Counted from the whole stretch's first letter, positions 50,734 through 63,976 are shown. The stretch: 63,976 bases of DNA, filler included, from Octopus bimaculoides (GCF_001194135.2; 6 parts of 5 records of this genome joined end to end with filler, not necessarily neighbours in it), one strand, 5' to 3'. The notes: generated from the sequence alone by a model not told the origin. Numbers and translations are program-made.

Positions 50734-50953
50734 TTCTTTAGCACTCAGATTACTCTGTCAAATGTTCTGCTTATTTATTCTCATTGTTTTGAATTAATCA
50801 TGGATTATCTCATTGCTTTGAGATTTCTGTGATGTGATTGTTTGTTTTTAGAATGACATTGTAGGGTAGGTGAAGTAAGCTGGATTTGGCCAGTTTGAAC
50901 ATAAAACACATAGAATATTTTGGTTGAACATGGCCAGATTAAATGCTAAAAGG
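50734..50953 (-). mobile_element. piggyBac-type MITE, reverse copy
   Basis: TTAA-TTCTTTAGCACTC ... AAATGCTAAAAGG-TTAA; interior matches 14781-14988. Confidence 0.75.
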
Positions 50954-53296
50954 TTAAATCCTAATAACAGCCCTTCAGATCTTAAGACACAGGCATTGTT
51001 GTGCTAGAAGTTTGCTTTCCGTCCACATGGTTTCAGGTTCAGGCCTATTGTGTGGCACCTTTGACAAGTGTCTTCTACTATAGCTTTGGACCAACCAAAG
51101 CTTTGTGAATGGATTTGGTAGATGGGAGTTGTAAAAAGCTCATCAAATATATATGTGTGTGTGTATATATAAGTATATATGTATGTGTGTGTGTTTTACT
51201 GCTGTTGTGCAATAGTTGTAAGTGAATATCACCATCATGCAAGCTGTGTCCTTCATTTCCAATCTACCATGGAAGCATGTCTGGTGTCTGGTTATAGGGA
51301 ATATTATCATACTTGGAAAGAATTGAGGGCTGATGACAAGAAGGAGATCTGATTGCAGAAAATCTGCCTTAACTAAACTCCATTTGACCCTTGCAAGCAT
51401 GGGAAAGTGGATGTTAAATGATGGCAGCACTATGAAATGCACCCAGACTACTGCATGACATTGTGAGATCTGTCATACCAGTATGAGGAAAAGATTGTAA
51501 AATAATGATGATGATGTTGATAATGGTGTTGTTGTTACAGAGTGGAAGAATTTTGCATAAAACATCCAGCTGTTTCTTAACCATTCAGTTTGGTATGCAC
51601 TTTTGCGCATTATTTTAGCATCACTGATTTGTTCTTTCTGGAATAAAATTGTTGGTTATAAGGTTTCTGAAAGAACAACCACTTTTTCCCTTTTGTACAG
51701 CAATGATCTTTTCAAAGACAATTCTAACAACTGACTTCCCTATATGGATGGTAGCACCCTTTATACTTTCATACTCTACTATATCAGAGCTACATTATTT
51801 CCATGAACAAAACCTTGTCGACATCTTTCAATGAAGACAAGATAACATAGTCTCTTTCTGCAGTCTTAAAACACAATTGCAATGCAACCTCGAACTCATT
51901 ACATATGAAATGCACAAATAAGCCATTAATGTTGCTTCAAATACTAGAGACCACAATCTCTGATGATATCTTATAGCAAACCCCACTCATATAACATTAT
52001 CAACACTGCATCCAAAAGACTAGAATTCTTATTTATGGCCAGAAAATACTTCATTCCTGGTTCATTGCTAGTGCTCTAAAAACGCCCACAGTAGAGTACT
52101 GCTTACAGGAATGAGACACTGCTGCTGCTATATACACAGCTATATCCTCGTTCTTATCTCAAAAAGGCCATCCAACTAATTGATAATGACTCACACGAAC
52201 AATTACTGACTTACTGAAATACTATTTTCTCCCTGAATACCAATTCCATCATTATTAAACAGTTTCTAGTGCTCTGAAGTAGCTAGTTGCATACTACCTT
52301 CACCCAAGCTCACCTAATACATTCGTCTCCCATACTTTTGTGTTCCTGGTTGTGCTTAACCCTCTCTAAAACACTAATTACTGAACCCAATACTTCTTTA
52401 TCAAACATTTAATTTTTTAGACTTCCTCACTGGTATCTAGTGTGTGTGTATATATACGAGAATGAAGAGAAATACAATCTGTTAACTCTTGTCTTTTTTA
52501 TTGAAATACAGTATCTTGGCTCTCAATTAATTCTATAAATTTAGAATTTAATGAAATAAATTTGTCAGTATTATGTTGATGTTTGAATCATAAATTTACT
52601 TGAGATTTTGATAAGAGGTTTTAAAAGAAGAAGTTTGTATTGTAAAACCAGGGGCAGTCTTAGACAAGTTGATATGATGTAAAAGTTAAGGAATCTGTAT
52701 TAGCGATCCTCTATATTATCTCTTAACTTGCTAATAGTAGCCAAATAGCTCTCAAATTACATGCTGTCATCTTCAAAAGAGAGGGCTATGTTGGCTATTG
52801 TAATCCTAGAAAAACAATGCCTGTGAGAAAAATGGTGTGGTCATAGCTGGAGTGCCTTTGATCATAGGTCTACTCTGTCATGGCTGACCTATGGTTAAAC
52901 AATAATGTCACATATATAAGCCATGTTGAGCCAGTGTGGCAGAGTCGGCTCAAACTAGTATTATCTCAACCTCAAATTCACGGTTCACACATCAGACTGG
53001 TTGGTCAAGAGTGCATGCTGTGGCCCTCAACTTGCAGTGGGCAGTTCAATCCATTCCAATCCAATATAAGAAATACAAGTAATTCTTCATTGGGTCAGGT
53101 CTCAGTAGATTTAATATCAGATCACATGGTAGATTATTTAAGGAAACGGCAATATGCCATTACACAAATTCATCCAGCACATGGAAAAACGAACGTTTTA
53201 CTAACTACGATGATGATGATGGTGATGTTGATGATGATAATGAGGATGATGATGACGATGGTGGTGATGATGAATTCTTTTTTTTCTGCTTTTCAG

Positions 53297-53353
53297 AATG
53301 TTGGGAAGCAAATTCAGTGAAGTATTCACAAAAGAAGATTTTCAGATTTACAA
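53297..53353 (+). CDS. OGFOD3: OGFOD3 third visible exon
   Basis: TTTTTCTGCTTTTCAG acceptor, GTAAGT donor, 57 nt, MLGSKFSEVFTKEDFQIY; recalled human 'YFGDKIQNIFSEEDFRLYR'. Phase 2 start matches the previous exon. Confidence 0.9.
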
Positions 53354-53699
53354 GTAAGTTTGTTATCTATGTATCTGAGAATGTCTGTGATGAGTTATTC
53401 CCTAGACGAGTTTGAGATTCCTGAACTTAATCTTTGGCTTTCTATTTTCATATTTTCATTCATCAAATTTTCCTCTTGTCTTCAAGTGCCATATTCCTAT
53501 ACACTTATGCAAATTCCAAAGCTTCAATGCAGCAGTAAAAAAATTCCTAACACAGAGTGATACCACTATTCTTTGTGAGAGAATCTCAAAATACACACAC
53601 ACACACACACACACACTCTCCCCTCTCTCTTGCCTCTCTTTCTCCCTTCCCTTTCTCTCTCTCTCTCTTTCTCTCTCCAAATTATCAAAAGCGTAGAAC

Positions 53700-53945
53700 A
53701 CCATAAGATACCCCTTATAAATCCAAATAATATTAATAAAACAAAAAATTATAGGAGTGCAAAAACATGTAATTGTAGGGCCCCTGTGTTATATCTGCTT
53801 GCCATTTTATGTTTACACATAAATGTAATCTATAAATGCACTGTGACAAACAGCAAACATCAAGCTACAGTATACATAGGAAGCACTAAAGATTTCAAGA
53901 AACGATATAGAACACTTGTAAATTCTTTTAATAAGTTGTTCCTTA
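53700..53945 (+). mobile_element. Second Penelope-like GIY-YIG fragment
   Basis: KTCNCRAPVLYLLAILCLHINVIYKCTVTNSKHQATVYIGSTKDFKKRYRTLVNSF, homologous to 48880-49345. Confidence 0.8.
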
Positions 53946-54369
53946 AGGTCTTCAGGTTCTGGCTATATATAAATGAGAAATCCATTCTAAATTATCTCGC
54001 TGACATACTACGACGAAATCTCCAAGATGCAGATAAGATAGAGATTTTTATTTATTTACGGCCTCAAACATCTCATACCTTCGCGCTTTAGTTTGCCCTC
54101 TATTATTTATCTTGTTTCTCTCCATGAAATTCAATTGAATTCAGTTGTTGTCTTAAATTTATACTTATTCATTTTCTAAGCTTCCTAAATTCATTGCTCT
54201 TTTAAAAATTACGATTTATGCATTGTTGTCTCTCAAATATTTAAAATCTACAATTAAGAGCCCTATCTANNNNNNNNNNNNNNNNNNNNNNNNNNNNNNN
54301 NNNNNNNNNNNNNTTAATTAATTAANNNNNNNNNNNNNNNNNNNNNNNNNNNNNNNNNNNNNNNNNNNN

Positions 54370-54682
54370 TATTCTTTGGAAGCCTAGTACTTATTCTATC
54401 GATCTCTTTTGCCGAACCGCTAAGTTACGGGGACGTAACGACACCACCATCGGTTGTCAAACGATGTTGGGGGGACAAACACAGACACACAAACATACAC
54501 ATACATACACACATATATACGACGGGCTTCTTTCAGTTTCCGTCTACCAAATCCACTCACAAGGCTTTGGTCGGCCCGAGGCTGTAGTAGAAGACACTTG
54601 CCCAAGGTGCCACGCAGTGGGACTGAACCCGGAACCATGTGGTTGGTAAGCAAGCTACTTACCACACAGCCACTCCCGCGCC
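54370..54682 (-). mobile_element. tRNA-derived SINE (3' end cut by the join)
   Basis: Reverse complement of 41797-42110. Confidence 0.9.
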
Positions 54683-54995
54683 TCCAGCAAATATATATAT
54701 ATATATTTGCTGAATAGCTCGTCGTTGCGGAGGCAATTTTTACAATAAAATGTCTTATATAAATTTTTGTTTATTCCATGTAAGACCATGCCTTCCCCGA
54801 TAGTTAGGCCTCTTGAACAGGACAGATCTGTGCAATTTTTCGCAAAAAGACATCGTTGAGGATTTTTCTTTGTTATATATACAAACATACACACGCATAT
54901 ACACATATACATATATATGTGTATATATATACATATATGTATGTATACATATACACATACATATATACATATATATATAAATATATGCGTGTGTA

Positions 54996-55051
<56 letters not shown>

Positions 55052-55460
55052 CATATATATATACAAAGATATATGTATGAAAGCATGTTCACCTGAGTGT
55101 ATACGTACACGTATGCTTGCGCATGTACACCTATGTGTATATAACGTCTTTATGTCCTCACGTATGCATGGGTGTATGTACGGTGCTTCCGTTTTGTTTT
55201 TGTTTGTTTTGTTGTTGTTGTTGTTGTTGTTTTCATGTGTGTGAATATCTATGTAAGTGTGTATTTACGTTTGTGTCTCTCTATGTATTTGGATGCCAGC
55301 ACAAACGTAATCCTACTTAAAACGACGATTGTCACAAAACAAAGCCACGTGATACATGCCAAACCCGGGTTAACACTCATAATGCCGTGTAAGGTGTTTC
55401 AATGACATCTATCTAGCTATCTGTTAGTTTTTACAGGTATTATTTGTATAAACTCTCCTC

Positions 55461-55493
<33 letters not shown>

Positions 55494-56129
55494 TACTACT
55501 CCGGCTATTGTCATTATTATTATTATTATTATTATTATAATTATTATTATCATCATTTCTATCATTATTATTGTTATTATTATTAAACTGCTGCTACCGC
55601 TACTATTACTATTGTTGTTGTTGTTGTTGTTGTTGTTCGTGAAATTTCAAAACAGCTAAAGTTAGCAGGTGTTTTTTTATACTTACACGCATGCGTGGAA
55701 ACGAATACATTGACGACTGTTCTATTCAACAGTAGAATGAATTTGCTTATCAAATAATAATGATGATGATGATGATGATGTTGTTGTTGCTGCTGCTGAT
55801 GATGATGATTGTGATGCGGATTTTCTATTGATCACAAGAGCAAAACAAATACAAAAACATTTAGTGGTTTGCTAAAATCATTGACGTGCAAAATACGTTA
55901 CAAAATGACTAACTCAAGTTACACATTCTTACTATGACCGCCTATAAGCATGCTTGTGTATACACCCACGCATACATACATACATACATACATTTGTAGA
56001 TAAGGATTCATAGAATCGTGTGGCTATTACATAAAGCTCCTCCAACGGACTCGGTTAACAGACGTCATAGTAATCCAGTAGAGAGGAGTATAAGGCAGAG
56101 TTCCATGCAACTGAAATCCAGGAGATCCT

Positions 56130-56389
56130 TAAATGAACATCCTTAAACGAACCTTATTTAGGAACCTTTTGAGCGGGATGGGCTACTCGACATGGAGAAA
56201 ATTTTAACTGGGCCCCACCTGCGAGGTCATGCGCTGTTTATCTTGATATGAGATCACCGTGTCGCGCACATTCGGTTGTGATGCATGTGCCTGGTGTACC
56301 CTTATCAGACGGGTAGTCATGATGGGTATATTGGGCTTCGTATATTTTATCCCAGTGTCACTTTGATGGCATGCACTGCTCTCTCACTC

Positions 56390-56445
<56 letters not shown>
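56130..56445 (+). mobile_element. Probable non-LTR retroelement 3' end with (TAA)n tail
   Basis: About 260 bp of GC-richer sequence ending ...GCACTGCTCTCTCACTC fused directly to (AAT)n. Clade not determinable; no ORF. Confidence 0.5.
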
Positions 56446-56448
<3 letters not shown>

Positions 56449-57111
56449 GAAGAAGAAGAAGAAGAAGAAGAGGGAAAAGAAGAAGAAGAAGAAGAAGAAG
56501 ACTTTCTCACTGGTTATGCCTTTCTTTATACATATGTGCGATTGTAATTCCTTCCCAAATAAATTGCACTTCAAATTTAGAGGCTCTGATGAAACTATAA
56601 GGTGTTACTCAGGTGCTCAGCTATGAGACCACTGTGTTGAATAGTAGAAACAACTGTAAGCTAATGAAATTCAACACATAATAGTTTTTATTTTTGTCCT
56701 CTCATGTTCTAATTACCGCTCTATACTCTTTCTGAAGCGTGCGGATATTGGTTCTAAACCAGGTTACTATTCTCGCAATATCTAAGCGATACTAAGCGAA
56801 TACATACTTACATCCATCCATACATACATACATACATACATACATACATACATAACAGAAGTTTATCATTTAAATATATATGAGCATGTGTAGATATGCA
56901 ATTATATGCATGAAAATACATACATAAAACAACACATACAAATCTGCACATATACATACATACATACATACATACACACAGAAATACCCTGTTGATGTTG
57001 TTGAAATTCCAACGAAGGAGTCTTGGATCTAGGTTAGAAACCGGTTCTTTCTCTATTGGCAAGAAATCTTGAAATGAAACTGAATAATGACAGACATACA
57101 TATATATATGC

Positions 57112-57150
<39 letters not shown>

Positions 57151-58139
57151 NNNNNNNNNNNNNNNNNNNNNNNNNNNNNNNNNNNNNNNNNNNNNNNNNN
57201 NNNNNNNNNNNNNNNNNNNNNNNNNNNNNNNNNNNNNNNNNNNNNNNNNNNNNNNNNNNNNNNNNNNNNNNNNNNNNNNNNNNNNNNNNNNNNNNNNNNN
57301 NNNNNNNNNNNNNNNNNNNNNNNNNNNNNNNNNNNNNNNNNNNNNNNNNNNNNNNNNNNNNNNNNNNNNNNNNNNNNNNNNNNNNNNNNNNNNNNNNNNN
57401 NNNNNNNNNNNNNNNNNNNNNNNNNNNNNNNNNNNNNNNCTTGCACGCACACACACACACACACACACATACACACACACACACATTCTTCTCGTTCTGG
57501 TCTAACGACCTCCATGTTTGTTTTCGTTCGGTTTCCTTGTATGTCTCCACTGTCCTGTTTTTGTTCCCAACTTTAACCCTCCCTAAATCCTAAATGGGAG
57601 CAACTGTCTTTGAAGACTCATATTGTCGTCGGATGCTAGAAATGAGGAGTAGAGAGACAACCGACCGCTGGTCAAGCGTCCTTTCTCTGTGTTTATTTGT
57701 CCTGTTTTCCATTCATTTTCTCGTTTACGTATTTAACTCGTTTGTTGACGTTTTTCGTGTTATTTGCAACGTTGGTGATGTCCTGTACCCATATATGCAT
57801 GTATATATATGTGTGCATATATATATATATATGTGTGTGTGTTTGTGTGCGTGTGTGTGTATATATATATATTTATATATATTATTTACTATTTATTATA
57901 TATATATATATGTATACACACACACACATATATAAGGGGGTTATGTGCGTGTAACTGTCTCTGTCTCTCTCTCTATATATATATGTATATATACATATAT
58001 ATATATATGTATACATATATATGTACACACACACATACACACATACATACACATATACATTTACATAAGTATGTACTTGGGTGTTTATATAGTACTAAAA
58101 TTTACTACTACTAAAAATAATAACAATCATAGCAGCAGC

Positions 58140-58231
<92 letters not shown>

Positions 58232-59884
58232 TAATAATAATAATAATAATAGTACTAATGTGCCTGTCATCCTCACCAATTCTCATGAATAAATGGAGTT
58301 TAACAATAAAAGCAGATAACTTTAATGACGTAGACAGGAGCTCAGGTGAAAACGTCACTTCCGGCAGGTGTGCAATGTTGCAGCAAGTAGTACTCGGATG
58401 TCATCTAACGATTTCGCTTGAAGAAGGATTTATGGTAAACGGAGATGAAGTAAAGGAGCAATATATGTAGGATTGATGGAATGCTGGTTGAGAGCAGGGA
58501 ATGAAGAAGGTGGGAGACGTTGTGGGGGGTGATTGTTCACTAAGTGGAAAAGCAAAGATATGCTTGAGTTGACAGAGAAATAAGTTAATGAACCAAGCAT
58601 GTAGGATCATAGAAGAGGTTGGCTAATATCAGAGGGGTGGCAAGAAAGGGTAGGAAGAGCTGAACGGCAGGAGTCCCACATCATGCAAGTCTTTCATTAT
58701 TATTATTATTACTTTTTTTTTCTACTCTAGGCACNNNNNNNNNNNNNNNNNNNNNNNNNNNNNNNNNNNNNNNNNNNNNNNNNNNNNNNNNNNNNNNNNN
58801 NNNNNNNNNNNNNNNNNNNNNNNNNNNNNNNNNNNNNNNNNNNNNNNNNNNNNNNNNNNNNNNNNNNNNNNNNNNNNNNNNNNNNNNNNNNNNNNNNNNN
58901 NNNNNNNNNNNNNNNNNNNNNNNNNNNNNNNNNNNNNNNNNNNNNNNNNNNNNNNNNNNNNNNNNNNNNNNNNNNNNNNNNNNNNNNNNNNNNNNNNNNN
59001 NNNNNNNNNNNNNNNNNNNNNNNNNNNNNNNNNNNNNNNNNNNNNNNNNNNNNNNNNNNNNNNNNNNNNNNNNNNNNNNNNNNNNNNNNNNNNNNNNNNN
59101 NNNNNNNNNNNNNNNNNNNNNNNNNNNNNNNNNNNNNNNNNNNNNNNNNNNNNNNNNNNNNNNNNNNNNNNNNNNNNNNNNNNNNNNNNNNNNNNNNNNN
59201 NNNNNNNNNNNNNNNNNNNNNNNNNNNNNNNNNNNNNNNNNNNNNNNNNNNNNNNNNNNNNNNNNNNNNNNNNNNNNNNNNNNNNNNNNNNNNNNNNNNN
59301 NNNNNNNNNNNNNNNNNNNNNNNNNNNNNNNNNNNNNNNNNNNNNNNNNNNNNNNNNNNNNNNNNNNNNNNNNNNNNNNNNNNNNNNNNNNNNNNNNNNN
59401 NNNNNNNNNNNNNNNNNNNNNNNNNNNNNNNNNNNNNNNNNNNNNNNNNNNNNNNNNNNNNNNNNNNNNNNNNNNNNNNNNNNNNNNNNNNNNNNNNNNN
59501 NNNNNNNNNNNNNNNNNNNNNNNNNNNNNNNNNNNNNNNNNNNNNNNNTCCTAAACGTCCATGTTTGTTTTCAGACCTTTAGTCAGCCGTTATTTCATAT
59601 TTTCTGAGTGATATAAAGTTTTCCTTTAATAAATTGCAAGTTACTCTTGGAGTTGGAAAAACTTGGGAATGTGTATACGATGCATGGACGCCACGGAAAT
59701 ATGTTCCGTGAGTAATCAGGTGTGGTTCATAGGACAAGCAAGGTTTTACGTCCTTACTCTCTGAGAGGAGTGAGCCTCCACATTCTGTCTGCATTGCAAC
59801 TTGCATTTTCCTGAGTGGTGAGGGTACCCTAGGGCCAAAGTACCTTGATATCGTAAACACCTCGATCTGAGACAAAAGCTGAAT

Positions 59885-60420
59885 TCTTATTCTTTTATTT
59901 GTTCCAGTCATTTGACTGCGGCCATGCTGGAGCACCGCCTTTAGTCGATGTTGTGTCGACACCCCCAGTCGAAGAAGTAGGATCTCCCAAGACATATAAA
60001 TAGATGTAGTCTGACCGTGGTAGGTGTGTTGAGTAGCAGTAAAGTAGCAGTTGTGTAGCGGTTGAGTAGAGATCATCTGAAGGTGCTAGATAGCAGTACC
60101 GTTGAGACATAACAGTCGAACATATCGACCCCAAGACCTATTTTTTGTAAGCCTAGTACTTATTGCATCGCGTACTTTTGCCGAACCGCTAGACGACCGG
60201 GACGTAAACACACCAACATCGGTTGTCAAGCGAGGGGGGGTACAAACACAGACACAAATACATATATACATATACATATATATGACGAGCTTCTTTCAGT
60301 TTCCGTCTACCAAATCCACTCACAAGGCTTTGGTCAGCCCGAGGCTATAGCAGAAGACACTTGTCCAGGAAACCATGTGGTTGGAAAGTAAGCTTCTTAC
60401 CACACGGTCACTCCTGCGCC
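59885..60420 (-). mobile_element. tRNA-derived SINE interrupted by a nested insertion
   Basis: Matches the SINE consensus on both sides of 59949-60114. Confidence 0.85.
59949..60114. mobile_element. 166-bp putative solo LTR
   Basis: Ends TGTTGTGTC ... GACATAACA (TG..CA, 8/9 inverted), 5-bp direct repeat GTCGA at 59944-59948 and 60115-60119, TATAAATA at 59995-60002. Confidence 0.75.
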
Positions 60421-60472
60421 TATATACGTATGTATGTATGTATGTATGTATGTATGTATGTATGTATGTATG

Positions 60473-60506
<34 letters not shown>

Positions 60507-61778
60507 TGTGTGTATGTATATAATAATAATATAGATTTAATCAAAAGATTAAATGTGGTGCTTAAAATGTTTGAGGCACCAGAATTTGGTAGGGTAAAAA
60601 CCAAAAACAAAATCAAGAGATTTGGTGAATAAAATTTGAAGAAAAGCAACAAAAACGCAATAGAGGGCATTAAAGCGTTCGGACAGATAGACGACACAAA
60701 GGCGGATAAGAGAAACAACAATAAGAAGGACAGGCAAAAAATGACGGGTCAGAAGTCACAACCATTTCGGGCAGTTACACTTGAGATGGTTCGATCTGGC
60801 TGCTCCCCAAAAAGTCTAAGCTAAGAGCATTAGATCCCTTTGTGAGAAAGCTAGCGAATGTGTATGGCAACAAAGACAAAAACAAACAAACAAACAAAAA
60901 ACGGAGAACAAGGTACAGAATTACGAATACAAACAAGAAATAACAACAGGCGTCTTTCGACTGACACCGAATCAGATTGAGCTGGCGTGTATGCAGTGAA
61001 AGCCTAAAGGAAGGAACATGGGAGATGGACACAAGAAGTGTTGACGGTCGGTAGTCAGGCCAAGAAAGACAGATCATGGCTGGCCGGATACCGGTCACGT
61101 GAAAGGAGAGATGGGTAGGGGACAGCGGGATTGAAGGATTAGAAGAAAAAAGTCAGAGACAAAGAGAAAAGTACAGGGGAGATAAACGAGTGGGAAATGG
61201 TGGGAGTTAAAGAAAGAGTAGGCCAAGAAATGTGAGAGTGGGGGTGCGAGAAAAAGGAAGGAAAATGAAAGGGGGAATAAAAGATATATATATATANNNN
61301 NNNNNNNNNNNNNNNNNNNNNNNNNNNNNNNNNNNNNNNNNNNNNNNNNNNNNNNNNNNNNNNNNNNNNNNNNNNNNNNNNNNNNNNNNNNNNNNNNNNN
61401 NNNNNNNNNNNNNNNNNNNNNNNNNNNNNNNNNNNNNNNNNNNNNNNNNNNNNNNNNNNNNNNNNNNNNNNNNNNNNNNNNNNNNNNNNNNNNNNNNNNN
61501 NNNNNNNNNNNNNNNNNNNNNNNNNNNNNNNNNNNNNNNNNNNNNNNNNNNNNNNNNNNNNNNNNNNNNNNNNNNNNNNNNNNNNNNNNNNNNNNNNNNN
61601 NNNNNNNNNNNNNNNNNNNNNNNNNNNNNNNNNNNNNNNNNNNNNNNNNNNNNNNNNNNNNNNNNNNNNNNNNNNNNNNNNNNNNNNNNNNNNNNNNNNN
61701 NNNNNNNNNNNNNNNNNNNNNNNNNNNNNNNNNNNNNNNNNNNNNNNNNNNNNNNNNNNNNNNNNNNNNNNNNNNNAG

Positions 61779-62090
61779 AGGGAAAACTATTGAAAAGTTT
61801 GCAAGACGCAACGAAAATTTTAGAAAAATAAATAAGAAATAAGTGGAAATTTTACCGGTGAGTGTTAAATTATAAGGCACTAAAAGAGAATGGCTCTCCC
61901 CAGACACAACAGTGGCGATTTTTTCTTCCTCCGTTTTTCCCTTCTTTGGACTTTCCTTGTTTCCGACGAAGAGCTCCGCTCGAAACGTCATATTCTCTCT
62001 CTTTCCTTTCCCGAGCGTCTAGTAACACAATCTGTATCACGTCCTCACGTTGTTGTTTTTTGTTGTTGTTTTTTTTGTCTTTCTTCCTTT
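61779..62090 (+). mobile_element. Probable Penelope-like element terminal region with hammerhead-like motif
   Basis: CCGACGA-A-GAGC-TCC-GCTC-GAAA-CGTC at 61963-61989. The block 61831-61912 also occurs at about 49710-49792, near a GIY-YIG fragment. Confidence 0.55.
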
Positions 62091-62587
62091 TTTGAACCTA
62101 TATATATATATACACACACACAAATTCCTTCATACAGATTTTAGAGCTGTAAAATCTAAAATCTGTATGAAGGAATAAATGAAAGCAACAATTTCGTGCT
62201 TTCAGTTAAGAGATAAATTAGTTATGTTAGAGAGAAAGATGATATTTACTGCCTGGTGACTGAAGTATTCCGAAAATGGGGCGAGGTATAGATTATCCCA
62301 CCACAACGGGGTTTATATTACTTGACTCAACATGCATAAATATAAAGGGATTACTGCACCTGTTGCAGATTTAATCGACGGATTTGTTCCAATAATCCAC
62401 ACTGCCCTATTTCCTTTTGATTTCGACTTTTATTTGATTGATTACTAAAACATCTGGTAACGCTCTCTTTCAGTCGACTTTCATTTTATGTTCTTGGTAT
62501 TTCAAAATGGGTTGTTATTACCTACATACATACATACACAGATGCATAACTACATACATACATATACATACGTATATACATACGTAT

Positions 62588-62640
<53 letters not shown>

Positions 62641-63940
62641 NNNNNNNNNNNNNNNNNNNNNNNNNNNNNNNNNNNNNNNNNNNNTTAATTAATTAANNNN
62701 NNNNNNNNNNNNNNNNNNNNNNNNNNNNNNNNNNNNNNNNGTATGTATGTATGCATGTATGTATGTATGTATATATGTATATATGTATATCGTGTCGATC
62801 TGGCAAGATAATACATCTGTTTTCTACAAAACTCCCGCACACAGACATACATACACACAGCATACACATACAAACACAACATGCACACACTCACACACAT
62901 ATATAGCGGCGTGCACGCACATAAACATACACAACATAACCTTATAACACACGCGCCACATAATACNNNNNNNNNNCACATAAACATACACAACATAACC
63001 TTATAACACACGCGCCACATAATACATATATATATACATACATACGTACATACATGCATACACACCTGCTTATTATTTCATTCTGCAGCAGTTATNNNNN
63101 NNNNNNNNNNNNNNNNNNNNNNNNNNNNNNNNNNNNNNNNNNNNNNNNNNNNNNNNNNNNNNNNNNNNNNNNNNNNNNNNNNNNNNNNNNNNNNNNNNNN
63201 NNNNNNNNNNNNNNNNNNNNNNNNNNNNNNNNNNNNNNNNNNNNNNNNNNNNNNNNNNNNNNNNNNNNNNNNNNNNNNNNNNACGCACATACACACATTC
63301 ACTCACACGCATGTACACGCACGCACGCACACACGTGCATATACACACTATCACCATAACAATATCCTCTACTATCACCGGTACTATCACAGACAGTACC
63401 ACTAAAATAACTTTACCAACACACCGCCACTGGTACTACAACATTACTCATGTACACATTACACTAACACTACAGCATATACTGCAGCACAAACCTGTGC
63501 ACACAACCACTGATACTACAACATGCACTACAACACAATCCACAACTGCATTACACTACAGTACCAGCACCAGTACTATAGCATACTCGAGTGCACACTG
63601 CACTATGACCAGTACCACAACACACTGCTATGTACAAACACTGGCTTATACAACACAGAAATAGTACGGAAACCTCTATTACTATAAAATACTACAGCAC
63701 AACTAGAACAGTATAGCACCACTGTCACTACAACACATACTATTGGCACCTACTGCAGTACCCTACACAGCATGACAATCGCCGGTATACACTACAACAT
63801 TGGTATTGCAACACACGATCGTGTCACTAACATCCGTTTATACAACACTCCGACGGCTAAGTTGATCGCTTGACCTGCTAAAATAGCAGCTAAATCTCCC
63901 TCAAATCAAACCCAATAATTTGTTTATTCATTTTCCGAAC

Positions 63941-63976
<36 letters not shown>

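Overview
AT-rich, microsatellite-saturated animal genomic DNA; the repeat content suggests a coleoid cephalopod, probably Octopus (inference). The window is not one continuous molecule. Five identical artificial joins (44 N + TTAATTAATTAA + 44 N) cut it into six segments: A 1-21713, B 21814-25831, C 25932-42865, D 42966-54269, E 54370-62640, F 62741-63976. Three partial + strand host genes were built by hand from splice signals and recalled homology: eight coding exons of ZC3H18 (segment A, about 620 aa, 3' part missing), two exons of axonemal dynein heavy chain DNAH2 (segment B) and three exons of OGFOD3 (segment D). The rest is decayed mobile DNA: RTE-clade LINE 3' ends, tRNA-derived SINEs, an L1/Tx1-clade LINE, Tc1, mariner and DD37D (maT) transposase relics, Penelope-like GIY-YIG fragments with minimal hammerhead-like motifs, a TTAA-flanked piggyBac-type MITE family, a 166-bp solo LTR nested in a SINE, a 154-bp higher-order minisatellite and several foldback structures. 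No rRNA, genuine tRNA gene or CRISPR array was seen. I found no evidence of a new multi-gene system; the best leads are the hammerhead-like repeat family and the coding repeats in ZC3H18. All homology calls are from memory, not database searches.
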